DNA from: Minisyncoccota bacterium
GTDB lineage: Bacteria > Patescibacteriota > Minisyncoccia > Phycocordibacterales > CAIZLB01
NCBI GenBank assembly: GCA_021734945.1
Contig: JAIPIA010000003.1
Coordinates: 156,895-220,894 of the forward strand
Length of the DNA stretch: 64,000 nucleotides
Direction: 5' to 3'
The position numbers and the translations under genes are program-made. Below are positions 55,634 to 64,000 of the stretch, piece by piece (the first letter of the stretch is position 1; every line of letters begins with the position of its first letter). The notes below the pieces were generated by a model. It was not told the origin of the DNA, did no database searches, and saw only the letters and a program-made list of their open reading frames with translations.

Positions 55634-58219
55634 CTACAGCTCCAAAGCCTCCAACTTATTCCAATTCTTCCCCGCGTTTGCAGATGTCACAATAGGTACA
55701 CCCTTAGACTGTTCGGGAGTCAGAACACTTTCCATGGTCTGTTTAATCATTATTGCTGCTTTTTTAACCTCTGGTGTACGTATTTCAAAGACAAGCTCAT
55801 CATGTACCTGCAAGAGTAGACGAACATCATTTAGCATTCCGAGTGCGGTAAGTTTTGCATTAATCATATTCATACTTATCTTCACCATATCTGCCGTTGC
55901 TGTTCCTTGTATTGGTGCATTTATTGCCATTCGCTCAGCCGCAGCTCTTATGAATGGTAGTTTAGAATTAATTCCTTCAAAATATCGCCGACGTCCAAAA
56001 AGTGTTTCAGTATAGCCATTTTTAGCAGTCTCAAATTTAACTTTATTTAAATACTCAGCAATTCCCTTAAAATTCTTAAAGTATTCATCATAAAACGCTC
56101 GAGCTTCTGCTTGTGTGCTTCCGAGATTCGCTTTTAATGCATTCACACCCATTCCATACAGAATTCCGAAGTTAATAACCTTTGCTTGTCTTCTCATCTC
56201 TTTTGTCACATCTTTTTCTTCAACTCCAAAAACCTGTGCAGCAACCCCTGTGTGAACATCAATTCCCTTCTTGAAGATATCTATAAGTTTTTCATCTCCC
56301 GAAAGTATTGCAGCAACACGAAGCTCAACTTGAGAATAATCAAAAGACACAAGAGTGTAACCATCTTCTGAAATAAATGCTTCACGTATCGCTCGACCGA
56401 GCTCTGTCTTTATAGGAATATTTTGAACACTTGGATTTGTTGTAGCCATTCGTCCAGTACTCGCTCCCATTTGTATAAAATCTGGATGAATTCTATTTTT
56501 AGAATCTACAAGCCCAGGTAATACATCAATATATGTTCCAAGAAGTTTCGCTAATTCTCGATATTCAAGAATCATATCGATAATAGGGTGTGTTCCCTTC
56601 ATTTTTTCCAATTCTGATTCTTTTGTGGACTTAGCACCACCAGCAGTTTTTTTAATATTTTTTCCACCAAGACCCATTTTATCGAAAAGAATTTCACCCA
56701 TTTGTTTTGGTGAATTTATATTAAACTCTTGGTCAGACTCCTTCCAGATTTTTGTTTCCAACTCTCGAAGTTTTTTATGATACTCTCTGCCTAAATTTTT
56801 AAGAAAATCGACATCCAATTTTACACCCACCTCTTTCATTTTTTCAAGCACCGGTATTAAAGGCCATTCTATTTCATAGAGTATTTTATCCATATTCTTA
56901 GCCTTTATTGCACTTTCTAATTTTTCTAAAGCCACATTAGGATCATACGTTTTAGTAATAGCAAAAACATCATCAAGTGTTGGGTCTGTAATAGTAGAAT
57001 TCAAAACAGATACGGCAATTTTAAGTTTCTTTTCTAAAACAGGATCTACTGTAGCAAAAAGTTGTTCTGGTTCAGATTGATTATTTAAAATATTTTCTTC
57101 TTCAGAATCTGTTTGATTTTCGGATTTTAGAGAGTCACTACCAATATTTTTACTAGATGAATTTTGAGTGCCACCTTGAGCTCCTCTCTGTATTACATTT
57201 TCTAAGTCTTTTTTTGCTTCGCCGTTTACACTTCCAGTGAGAACCTGTCGAACTCGTGGAATAAGTGAACGAAATTCTAGTTCTCTAAATAATTCCTCAA
57301 TTGTAGAAACTGAAACCGTACTTTTCCACTCTTCTTTAGGAAGTTGAAAATCAATAGGAGCATCCCTACGAATAGTAGCAAGCATTTTACTAAACAAGGC
57401 CTCTTCTTTTCCTTTATCAAGAAGCTCTATCATTCGGTCTGATATACCTGCTTTTTTCAGTAGGTTTGGATCTTTTTCTAATGCTTCATAAATACCCTCT
57501 ATTGTTCCAAAACTTGTAATAAGGGTTGTGGCAGTTTTTTCACCTACACCTGCAATACCAATAATATTATCCGAAGGGTCACCTCGCAAACCTTTATAGT
57601 CGGTTAATTGTAGTGGACCAAACTGATATCTTTCTCTAACAGCATCTTCATTATAAATAATTGTATCTTTAATTCCCTTTTTTAAAGTAAAAACACGAAC
57701 ACGATCACCTGTAACAAGCTGAAGAGTATCCATATCTCCTGAAGCTATCACTATATTTATATTATCCATTTCTTTTCTATCTAAAACCTCGTGTACTATT
57801 GTTCCCAACATATCATCAGCCTCAAAACCGACCTTATCCACCATTGGAATATTAAAAGCTTCAAAAATCTTTCGTGAAGACTTAAGTTGTTCAACTAGTG
57901 CATCGTCCGTTTTTTTTCTACCTCCTTTGTAGTCTTTGTACGCCTCGTGTCTATAAGTTGGTTGAGGAAGATCGTAACAAGCAACAATATAATTTGGTTT
58001 AAATTTTTCTAAAATCCCCATCAACATTGTTGAAAGCCCATACAAAGCGCCCGTAGGAGAACCTGTACTTGAGGCAAAATCTGGTAGTGCATGGTATGCA
58101 CGATGAATAATCGCATGAGAATCAAGTAAAACAAGGGTTTTTTTGTCGCCTTTTTTACTTGTTTTATCCACAGACTTATTCACAGTCTCTTTTTTAGGGG
58201 TTTCTCGAGAATCTTTCAT
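55634..58219 (-). CDS. polA: DNA polymerase I
   Basis: 5'-3' exo (LLD.HAIIHRAYHA, GFEADD, GD.SDNI.G), motif A DYSQVELRV, motif B RRQAKVINFG, motif C LQVHDEL. Confidence 0.97.
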   Translation of the reverse strand: MKDSRETPKKETVNKSVDKTSKKGDKKTLVLLDSHAIIHRAYHALPDFASSTGSPTGALYGLSTMLMGILEKFKPNYIVACYDLPQPTYRHEAYKDYKGGRKKTDDALVEQLKSSRKIFEAFNIPMVDKVGFEADDMLGTIVHEVLDRKEMDNINIVIASGDMDTLQLVTGDRVRVFTLKKGIKDTIIYNEDAVRERYQFGPLQLTDYKGLRGDPSDNIIGIAGVGEKTATTLITSFGTIEGIYEALEKDPNLLKKAGISDRMIELLDKGKEEALFSKMLATIRRDAPIDFQLPKEEWKSTVSVSTIEELFRELEFRSLIPRVRQVLTGSVNGEAKKDLENVIQRGAQGGTQNSSSKNIGSDSLKSENQTDSEEENILNNQSEPEQLFATVDPVLEKKLKIAVSVLNSTITDPTLDDVFAITKTYDPNVALEKLESAIKAKNMDKILYEIEWPLIPVLEKMKEVGVKLDVDFLKNLGREYHKKLRELETKIWKESDQEFNINSPKQMGEILFDKMGLGGKNIKKTAGGAKSTKESELEKMKGTHPIIDMILEYRELAKLLGTYIDVLPGLVDSKNRIHPDFIQMGASTGRMATTNPSVQNIPIKTELGRAIREAFISEDGYTLVSFDYSQVELRVAAILSGDEKLIDIFKKGIDVHTGVAAQVFGVEEKDVTKEMRRQAKVINFGILYGMGVNALKANLGSTQAEARAFYDEYFKNFKGIAEYLNKVKFETAKNGYTETLFGRRRYFEGINSKLPFIRAAAERMAINAPIQGTATADMVKISMNMINAKLTALGMLNDVRLLLQVHDELVFEIRTPEVKKAAIMIKQTMESVLTPEQSKGVPIVTSANAGKNWNKLEALEL

Positions 58220-58237
58220 ACACCACTATATTACACC

Positions 58238-58747
58238 TTAATACGATATTTTTCTCGTATTTTCATCTATAGATTCAAAAGACAACATTATAGTGTCTCT
58301 TGGCAACACCTCAGCTATTTTCTCTGGCCACTCTATAAAAATAAGAGTATTTGGTTTTTCAAATAATTCTACAAAACGTAAGGTTTCTACTTCTTTTATA
58401 TCTTCAATTCTATACGCATCTATGTGTACAAATTCAGTAAAAATACGTGTTGCTTTTTCGAGCACTAAACTATCAGACGAATTATGAAGATTTGTTTTAT
58501 ATTGCTTTTGAATACCAAAAGTTGGGCTTGTCACCACTTCTTCGACCCCAAGTAAACTTGCTACACATTTTGAAAAAGTTGTCTTACCAGCACCAAGATC
58601 ACCAGAGAGACCTATCACAGTCGCCTGAATTTCTTGTTTTTGAGGTAGGTTAGCTATTTTTTTAAGAAAGACTCTAGCAAAAGAATTGAGTTCTTCGAGA
58701 TTCTTTACAATCACATTTTCTTTAAATATATTTTTTGACTCATTCAC
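58238..58747 (-). CDS. tsaE: t6A biosynthesis ATPase TsaE
   Basis: GDLGAGKTT, VTSPTF, HIDAYR, IEWPE; start uncertain (GTG 58747 or ATG 58807). Confidence 0.93.
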   Translation of the reverse strand: MNESKNIFKENVIVKNLEELNSFARVFLKKIANLPQKQEIQATVIGLSGDLGAGKTTFSKCVASLLGVEEVVTSPTFGIQKQYKTNLHNSSDSLVLEKATRIFTEFVHIDAYRIEDIKEVETLRFVELFEKPNTLIFIEWPEKIAEVLPRDTIMLSFESIDENTRKISY

Positions 58748-58997
58748 AGTAACTGAACTATATATAAACAGGGAACTCCCTGCAACTACCCCGAGTAACC
58801 AAAGCATATACTTTGGTTACTCAATACAAACAGACAAAAAAACTCCAGTTTTATTTTTATACAGTATTCAATATAATTTTTCGTGCAATAGATTCAAAAA
58901 AAGTATAAAATAGTATAAAGATATCAAAGTCGCGCTAAGAGGACGATCGGCATATGCCGGGCACGAACTAGAGGTTCTCACAATTTAACTAAATCAA

Positions 58998-60839
58998 ATG
59001 CCAATACACTTTGACGAAGATAAACAGAATCAACGAATAAAAACACTCCTTAGTGATGAGGAAGAAAAAGCAATCCAAATGCTTTCTGAAAAGTATGGCA
59101 TCTCATATATTGATCTAACGCGAGTGCCTATCAACACAGACGGCTTGCGTCTTATTATTGAAGAAGAAGCTCGAAAAAACAAACTAGCAGTATTTGATAT
59201 TGTAGGAAAAAGAATTTCTATAGCAATACATACACCTCAAGATCCAAACACGATCGCTTCTATTCGAGCACTCCAAGCAAAAGGCTACGAAACTGTTATT
59301 TATATGGCTTCTATGCATAGTATTGAAAAAGCTTGGGATAGATACAAAGACCTTTCTTTTGCGTTTGAAACAGAAGCCGGTTCACTTGATATTTCAAATG
59401 AAGAGATTGAAACTCTCATAGATAAAGCAAAAAAACTTCCAGATATTTCAATACTTATAAATGAAGCACTCTCTATTAAGAAAAGTCACAAAGTTTCTCG
59501 TTTGATGGCTATCATTATGGCTGGTGGACTTGCCACAAAGTCTTCTGATATTCACATAGAACCAGAAGCTGACTACGCACGACTTCGATACCGACTTGAT
59601 GGTGTACTTGTAGAGGTTGTTAAATTTGATATTGAAACGTTCAGACTTATGCTTTCACGACTCAAGCTTTTGTCTGGACTTAAACTCAACATGAAAGAGT
59701 CTGCTCAAGACGGACGATTCACAGTAAAGATTTACATGAATGATATCGAAATTCGTACATCAACAGTACCAGGCTCATATGGTGAAGCTGTAGTAATGCG
59801 TATCTTGAATCCAAAAAGTATTTCTGTTCCAATAGAAGACCTTGGTTTTCCCCCAAGACTTTTCAAAATACTCATGGCTGAAATCGCTCGACCGAACGGA
59901 CTCATCCTTACTACTGGACCAACAGGTTCTGGTAAAACAACAACACTCTACTCATTTCTTAGAAAGTCTCAGAGTCCAGAGATGAAGATTATTACTATCG
60001 AAGATCCTATCGAATACCACCTTGAAGGAGTTGTTCAAACTCAAGTAGAAGAAAAGAAAGGTTATACCTTTGAAGCAGGTCTTCGAGCAGCGCTTCGACA
60101 AGATCCTGACATTATTATGGTGGGAGAAATCCGAGATGGAGAAACAGCTTCCACAGCTATTCAAGCTGCCCTTACTGGTCACTTAGTATTTTCAACACTC
60201 CACACCAACAACGCAGCGGGTACATTTACTCGACTTGTTGACCTTGGTGTTGATCCAAAAGTACTCACCTCTTCTATTCGAGTTGCTATGGCTCAACGAC
60301 TTATCCGAACACTCTGTAAAGAATGTAAAAAGAAAGTTCCAATTTCAAAAGAAAGACAAGTGTATGTAGACGAATTATTCGCCTCTATCATTGGATATGA
60401 AGAAATGGCTGATTTTCCAACTATTCCTACTGAAGTGTATGAGGCGGTAGGTTGTGAACTTTGTAACAAAACTGGGTACAAAGGGAGAATTGGAGTATAC
60501 GAAGCAATTCTTGCTGACAGAAGTATTGAAAATATAGTAAGAGAGAATCCATCTGAACGAGAAATTAAAATGGCTGCTTTACCTCAAAAAATTCTCAACA
60601 TGAAACAAGATGGTTTAATTAAAATTCTTAAAGGGGTAACTTCTTTTGATGAACTTGAACGAGTAGTTGATATGGCTGAAGAACTTATTGCTGTTAAAGA
60701 TATTAAAACAAATGATTCTCCTGACTCTTCGCTTTCTGAAGCAGAACTATCAACTCCTCTTGAAGATTTAAGTGTAGACCTAGGGGTTGATAGTTTAAAA
60801 CTAGAAACTGATACAAAGCCAACAACAGAAACGGTGTAA
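58998..60839 (+). CDS. GspE/PilB family type IV pilus assembly ATPase
   Basis: SDIHIEP, QDGRF, TGPTGSGKTTT, EDPIEY, LRQDPD, GEIRD, TGHLV.STLHTN, two CxxC. Confidence 0.95.
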   Translation: MPIHFDEDKQNQRIKTLLSDEEEKAIQMLSEKYGISYIDLTRVPINTDGLRLIIEEEARKNKLAVFDIVGKRISIAIHTPQDPNTIASIRALQAKGYETVIYMASMHSIEKAWDRYKDLSFAFETEAGSLDISNEEIETLIDKAKKLPDISILINEALSIKKSHKVSRLMAIIMAGGLATKSSDIHIEPEADYARLRYRLDGVLVEVVKFDIETFRLMLSRLKLLSGLKLNMKESAQDGRFTVKIYMNDIEIRTSTVPGSYGEAVVMRILNPKSISVPIEDLGFPPRLFKILMAEIARPNGLILTTGPTGSGKTTTLYSFLRKSQSPEMKIITIEDPIEYHLEGVVQTQVEEKKGYTFEAGLRAALRQDPDIIMVGEIRDGETASTAIQAALTGHLVFSTLHTNNAAGTFTRLVDLGVDPKVLTSSIRVAMAQRLIRTLCKECKKKVPISKERQVYVDELFASIIGYEEMADFPTIPTEVYEAVGCELCNKTGYKGRIGVYEAILADRSIENIVRENPSEREIKMAALPQKILNMKQDGLIKILKGVTSFDELERVVDMAEELIAVKDIKTNDSPDSSLSEAELSTPLEDLSVDLGVDSLKLETDTKPTTETV

Positions 60840-60926
60840 AACTAGATTGACTTTATACCTGTGGAATATATCCTTATAAGTAAGGAGTTTAGTGTTGATT
60901 TTGAAAATTTCATATTATTTAGAAAT

Positions 60927-61188
60927 AAAAAAAAACAGCTGTTTAAATCTCTAAGCAATGCTTTCAATCCGGAGATCAGAAGCCCGATAGTCCTTTGAGG
61001 ATAGATCCAGGAACTCGCCCGCGAAGACTTGCACCAGATCGTCCTGTAAGGAAAACCGATTGAAACTACGAGGTTTCTATTGCTTAGAGATTTAAGAAGC
61101 TGTTTTTCACTACCTTAGGTTTTACCCTTTTTAGCAGCATCTCTTTCTTATAAAGAGATAATCGCGACCCTTTCGGGTCAGCGACTCT
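60927..61188 (-). ncRNA. Candidate ~260-nt structured noncoding RNA
   Basis: Strong promoter upstream, two 5' hairpins (one GAAA tetraloop), ~175-nt rod with a 17-bp perfect stem, ends in U9. Confidence 0.55.
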
Positions 61189-61194
61189 AGTAAC

Positions 61195-61222
61195 ATCATA
61201 GCATGTTTTGAAATGTTGTCAA
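61195..61222 (-). promoter_or_regulatory. Near-consensus sigma70 promoter
   Basis: TTGACA-16 nt-TATGAT with TG extension. Confidence 0.7.
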
Positions 61223-61373
61223 GCTTTTATGCCATACTCTCTTTTAGCCGTCTAGTATTACCTATTTAGCCTTTAGCTTGATATACTGTTTACATACTGA
61301 ACAAATAGATTAAATTCTATAAAATCGTTATTTTTAGCCATTTTATAAATTATTTTGAAGTATCAATAAACCA

Positions 61374-62408
61374 ATGACCGATTCACTTGTCGAAAATTCA
61401 CAAATAGAGGAATCTACTACTATTGAAGATGGTGTTCTAGACCAAACACTTAGACCAAGTCGTTTCGATGATTATATTGGTCAGCAAAACATCAAAGACA
61501 ACCTCAAAATTCTCCTCGAAGCTGCAAAACAACGAAATCACCCTCCTGAGCACCTACTCTTTTATGGACCACCTGGGCTCGGTAAAACAACCCTTGCACA
61601 CCTTATAGCTAAAGAGATGGGTGTACAGATGAAAATCACGTCTGGGCCTGCTATAGAGCGTGTAGGAGACCTTGCTTCAGTACTTACAAACCTTTCACCT
61701 GGAGATATTCTTTTTATTGATGAAATTCACAGGCTCAACAAAGCTGTTGAGGAGGTTTTATATCCAGCAATGGAATCTGGACAAATAGATATTATTATAG
61801 GAAAAGGACCTTCAGCACGTAGTATTCAACTCGACCTTCCACCATTTACCCTTATCTCTGCTACAACACGCATTGCAATGGTTTCATCCCCTCTTCGATC
61901 CCGTTTTTCTGGTGGTGTTTTTCGACTTGAATTTTATACACACGAAGAGATTGAAAAAATCGTTCATCGGTCAGCAAAAATTCTTTCAATAGAGACCGAG
62001 GATTCAGCTATTAAAGAAATTGCACTACGGAGTAGAAGTACACCCCGAACAGCAAACTATCTTTTAAAGAGATGCCGCGATTTTGCACAGGTTAAAAATA
62101 CAAACCTTTCAAAGAAGACAGTCGACGATGCTTTAAAAATGATTGGTATCGATCACAAAGGACTTACTCATTCTGATAGAACAATCCTTGAAACTATTAC
62201 TCATAAATATAATGGGGGGCCTGTTGGTCTAAACACTATTGCAGCTTCTCTTTCTGAAGACCAGGCTACTATCGAAGAATTTAATGAACCCTACCTTATT
62301 CAACTCGGCTTTATAGAAAGAACACCAAGAGGAAGGACTGTTACAGAGTTAGGATATAAGCACCTTGGGTTAGATTATCCTGAAGAGAAAAAGATGTTGT
62401 TTAATTAA
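61374..62408 (+). CDS. ruvB: Holliday junction DNA helicase RuvB
   Basis: LRP..FDDYIGQ, GPPGLGKTTLA, TSGP, FIDEIHRL, GGPVGL, EPYLIQ.G..RTPRGR. Confidence 0.98.
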   Translation: MTDSLVENSQIEESTTIEDGVLDQTLRPSRFDDYIGQQNIKDNLKILLEAAKQRNHPPEHLLFYGPPGLGKTTLAHLIAKEMGVQMKITSGPAIERVGDLASVLTNLSPGDILFIDEIHRLNKAVEEVLYPAMESGQIDIIIGKGPSARSIQLDLPPFTLISATTRIAMVSSPLRSRFSGGVFRLEFYTHEEIEKIVHRSAKILSIETEDSAIKEIALRSRSTPRTANYLLKRCRDFAQVKNTNLSKKTVDDALKMIGIDHKGLTHSDRTILETITHKYNGGPVGLNTIAASLSEDQATIEEFNEPYLIQLGFIERTPRGRTVTELGYKHLGLDYPEEKKMLFN

Positions 62409-62452
62409 GTTTAAATTCCATAATATTTACCAAAAGATTTTATATTTATTTT

Positions 62453-62929
62453 ATGAGAATTTTATCTATAGACCCTGGATATGAAAGACTTGGAGTAGCA
62501 ATAATAGATAAAACAAAAGGACAAAAAGAATTTTTAGTATTTTCTGATTGTTTTAAAACTGATGCAAAGGAATTATTTGAAGATAGACTTACTTCGATTG
62601 GATTACGGGTTGAAAAATTAATTGAAGAATATAAACCTGAAGCTCTTTCTATTGAAAATTTATTTATTTCAAATAACCAAAAGACCGCAATGCGTGTGGC
62701 TGAGGTTAGAGGAACCCTTATTTATATATGTAGAAAAAATAACCTCACCATCAAAGAATTTACACCCTTACAAGTAAAACTTGCTGTTACTGGTGATGGT
62801 AAGAGTTCAAAAGATCAAGTAATTAAGATGGTTAAATTGCTAATTAAAAATACAAAAGAAAAAGCTCTTGATGATGAATTTGATGCAATTGCTGTAGGTT
62901 TGGCATATTTCGCATATTCTCGTTTTTAG
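62453..62929 (+). CDS. ruvC: Crossover junction endodeoxyribonuclease RuvC
   Basis: ILSIDPG, E.LF, TP.QVKLAVTG.G...K.QV, DD..DAIAVG. Confidence 0.95.
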   Translation: MRILSIDPGYERLGVAIIDKTKGQKEFLVFSDCFKTDAKELFEDRLTSIGLRVEKLIEEYKPEALSIENLFISNNQKTAMRVAEVRGTLIYICRKNNLTIKEFTPLQVKLAVTGDGKSSKDQVIKMVKLLIKNTKEKALDDEFDAIAVGLAYFAYSRF

Positions 62930-63074
62930 TACATTTGAACAAAAAAACAGTCTAATCTAGTAATTTTATATACTTATCAACATGTTCAATTTTTTAAGGA
63001 GGTTGCATATTTTTTTATGTATGTTACATATATGTTCATAGATAATTTAGTTATTAATTGAATATAAACAATAC

Positions 63075-63356
63075 ATGTCAGACACTCTAAAAGATGATGA
63101 TATAAAAGATAAGGATGAAGAAATCGAGGATGCTGAAGTCGATTTAGAAGCAGCCAGTGAAGAACCCGATTTCGCACCTACTGCAGCTGCACCAGTTGTA
63201 GATGATGAGGACGATCTAGAAGCAGATCCTCACTCTGCCTTTGATACACCTGTTGAATCAGAAGACCCACATATGGACATTTATGGTGACGGAGGTGTTC
63301 CTGGTGAAGAAGATGAGGAGGAAGACGATTATGACGGAGATTCAGATTCATACTAA
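63075..63356 (+). CDS. Small highly acidic protein
   Basis: 93-aa Asp/Glu-dominated ORF followed by a bidirectional terminator. Confidence 0.6.
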   Translation: MSDTLKDDDIKDKDEEIEDAEVDLEAASEEPDFAPTAAAPVVDDEDDLEADPHSAFDTPVESEDPHMDIYGDGGVPGEEDEEEDDYDGDSDSY

Positions 63357-63372
63357 AATTAAAATCCCATAT

Positions 63373-63410
63373 AAAAAACCTGCAAAGTTATTCAAACTCG
63401 CAGGTTTTTT
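63373..63410. terminator. Bidirectional terminator
   Basis: AAAAAACCTGC...GCAGGTTTTTT between convergent genes. Confidence 0.7.
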
Positions 63411-63427
63411 ATTTTATAAACATATCG

Positions 63428-64000
63428 TTACATCAACACCTTTATGTCTAAAAATCTTCTCTTGCCAACTTTAACCACAATCGGTTTTGAAACTAAATAA
63501 TTAAAATCTTTTATTTCTTCACCTTCTGTTGTATTAACCGCCCCTTCTCTAACAAGTCTCTTAAACTCTCCCGCTGAAGCGACTATCTTTTCATTCTGTA
63601 AAATAATACCAAGTGGAGTACCTGCAGGCACACCAATTTCTTGAATATTTTCTGGAATTTCTCCTTTAGAAAAAGTATTTATAAAATTTTCTTCAGCTAA
63701 TCGTGCTTTTTCTTCTCCATAATAAATTTTTACAATCTCTTTTGCGAGCATCAGCTTAAAATCTCTAGGGTTTGAAACACCTTCATTAAATTGTTTTTTA
63801 ATTTCAGATAGATTTTCATTACTTACATTTGTACATAATTCAAAACCATTTAAAATCATATCATCTGTCCAACTCATTATTTTTCCAAACATTTCTATAT
63901 TTGAATCAAGTAATGAAACCATATTACCCTCTGTTTTACCCATTTTTTTACCCGTGGTATCAGCAAGAAGCTTCATAGTGATACTGGTTTTTTCCTTATT
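63428..64000 (-). CDS. tyrS: Tyrosine--tRNA ligase, 3' part (5' end outside window)
   Basis: KKMGKT (KMSKS-like), NPRD.KL.LA.EIV, S4-like C-terminus ending KVGKRRF. Confidence 0.9.
   Translation of the reverse strand, partial: NKEKTSITMKLLADTTGKKMGKTEGNMVSLLDSNIEMFGKIMSWTDDMILNGFELCTNVSNENLSEIKKQFNEGVSNPRDFKLMLAKEIVKIYYGEEKARLAEENFINTFSKGEIPENIQEIGVPAGTPLGIILQNEKIVASAGEFKRLVREGAVNTTEGEEIKDFNYLVSKPIVVKVGKRRFLDIKVLM

Noticed and set aside
56850-57260. Missing 3'-5' exonuclease domain in PolA as a novelty
   Set aside because: Degenerate or shortened proofreading domains are common in bacterial Pol I
60927-61188. SRP RNA, RNase P RNA or tmRNA identity for the ncRNA candidate
   Set aside because: Lacks the CAGG-GNRA-AGCA helix 8, the GAGGAAAGTCC P4 motif and tRNA-like ends
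1-64000. CRISPR array, integrase, transposase, rRNA
   Set aside because: No regularly spaced direct repeats and no recognisable recombinase, transposase or rRNA signatures found by eye
1-64000. Alternative genetic code (UGA=Gly, as in Gracilibacteria)
   Set aside because: Long conserved genes are intact under code 11 and TGA ends the 50530-51333 gene

Overview
AT-rich bacterial chromosomal segment using the standard code (TGA is used as a stop). Gene content and style point to Patescibacteria/CPR, probably Parcubacteria: homodimeric glyS, secE-nusG-rplK with no rplA behind it, pilMNO and pilB, tRNA-Arg(GCG), and a short holA-like gene. The backbone is housekeeping: glyS, ileS, argS, partial tyrS, recO, trhO, tmk, glyA, dut, folD, uppP, rplS, rpsT, ruvA/B/C, ruvX, mutM, polA, tsaE. 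Seven tRNA genes are present, and most are followed by small accessory cargo genes. The strongest unexplained signal is a family of structured, GC-rich, roughly 100-nt elements sitting just behind tRNA 3' ends (Leu, Lys, a second copy in the Lys island, and a remnant in the His island). These come with inverted and direct copies of tRNA T-arm/3' ends and with flanks swapped between different tRNA loci. No integrase is present in the window, so this may be a non-autonomous, tRNA-anchored gene-cassette system. Other notable items: an unannotated ~260-nt structured RNA candidate with a strong promoter between pilB and ruvB; an Ile-codon-rich uORF plus hairpins ahead of ileS; an IleRS with an inserted histidine-phosphatase domain; a possible wobble-sensing leader before trhO; an HTH-LAGLIDADG-like gene beside tRNA-Val; and pervasive near-leaderless extended -10 promoters. 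All product calls come from motif recognition by eye; no database search was run.
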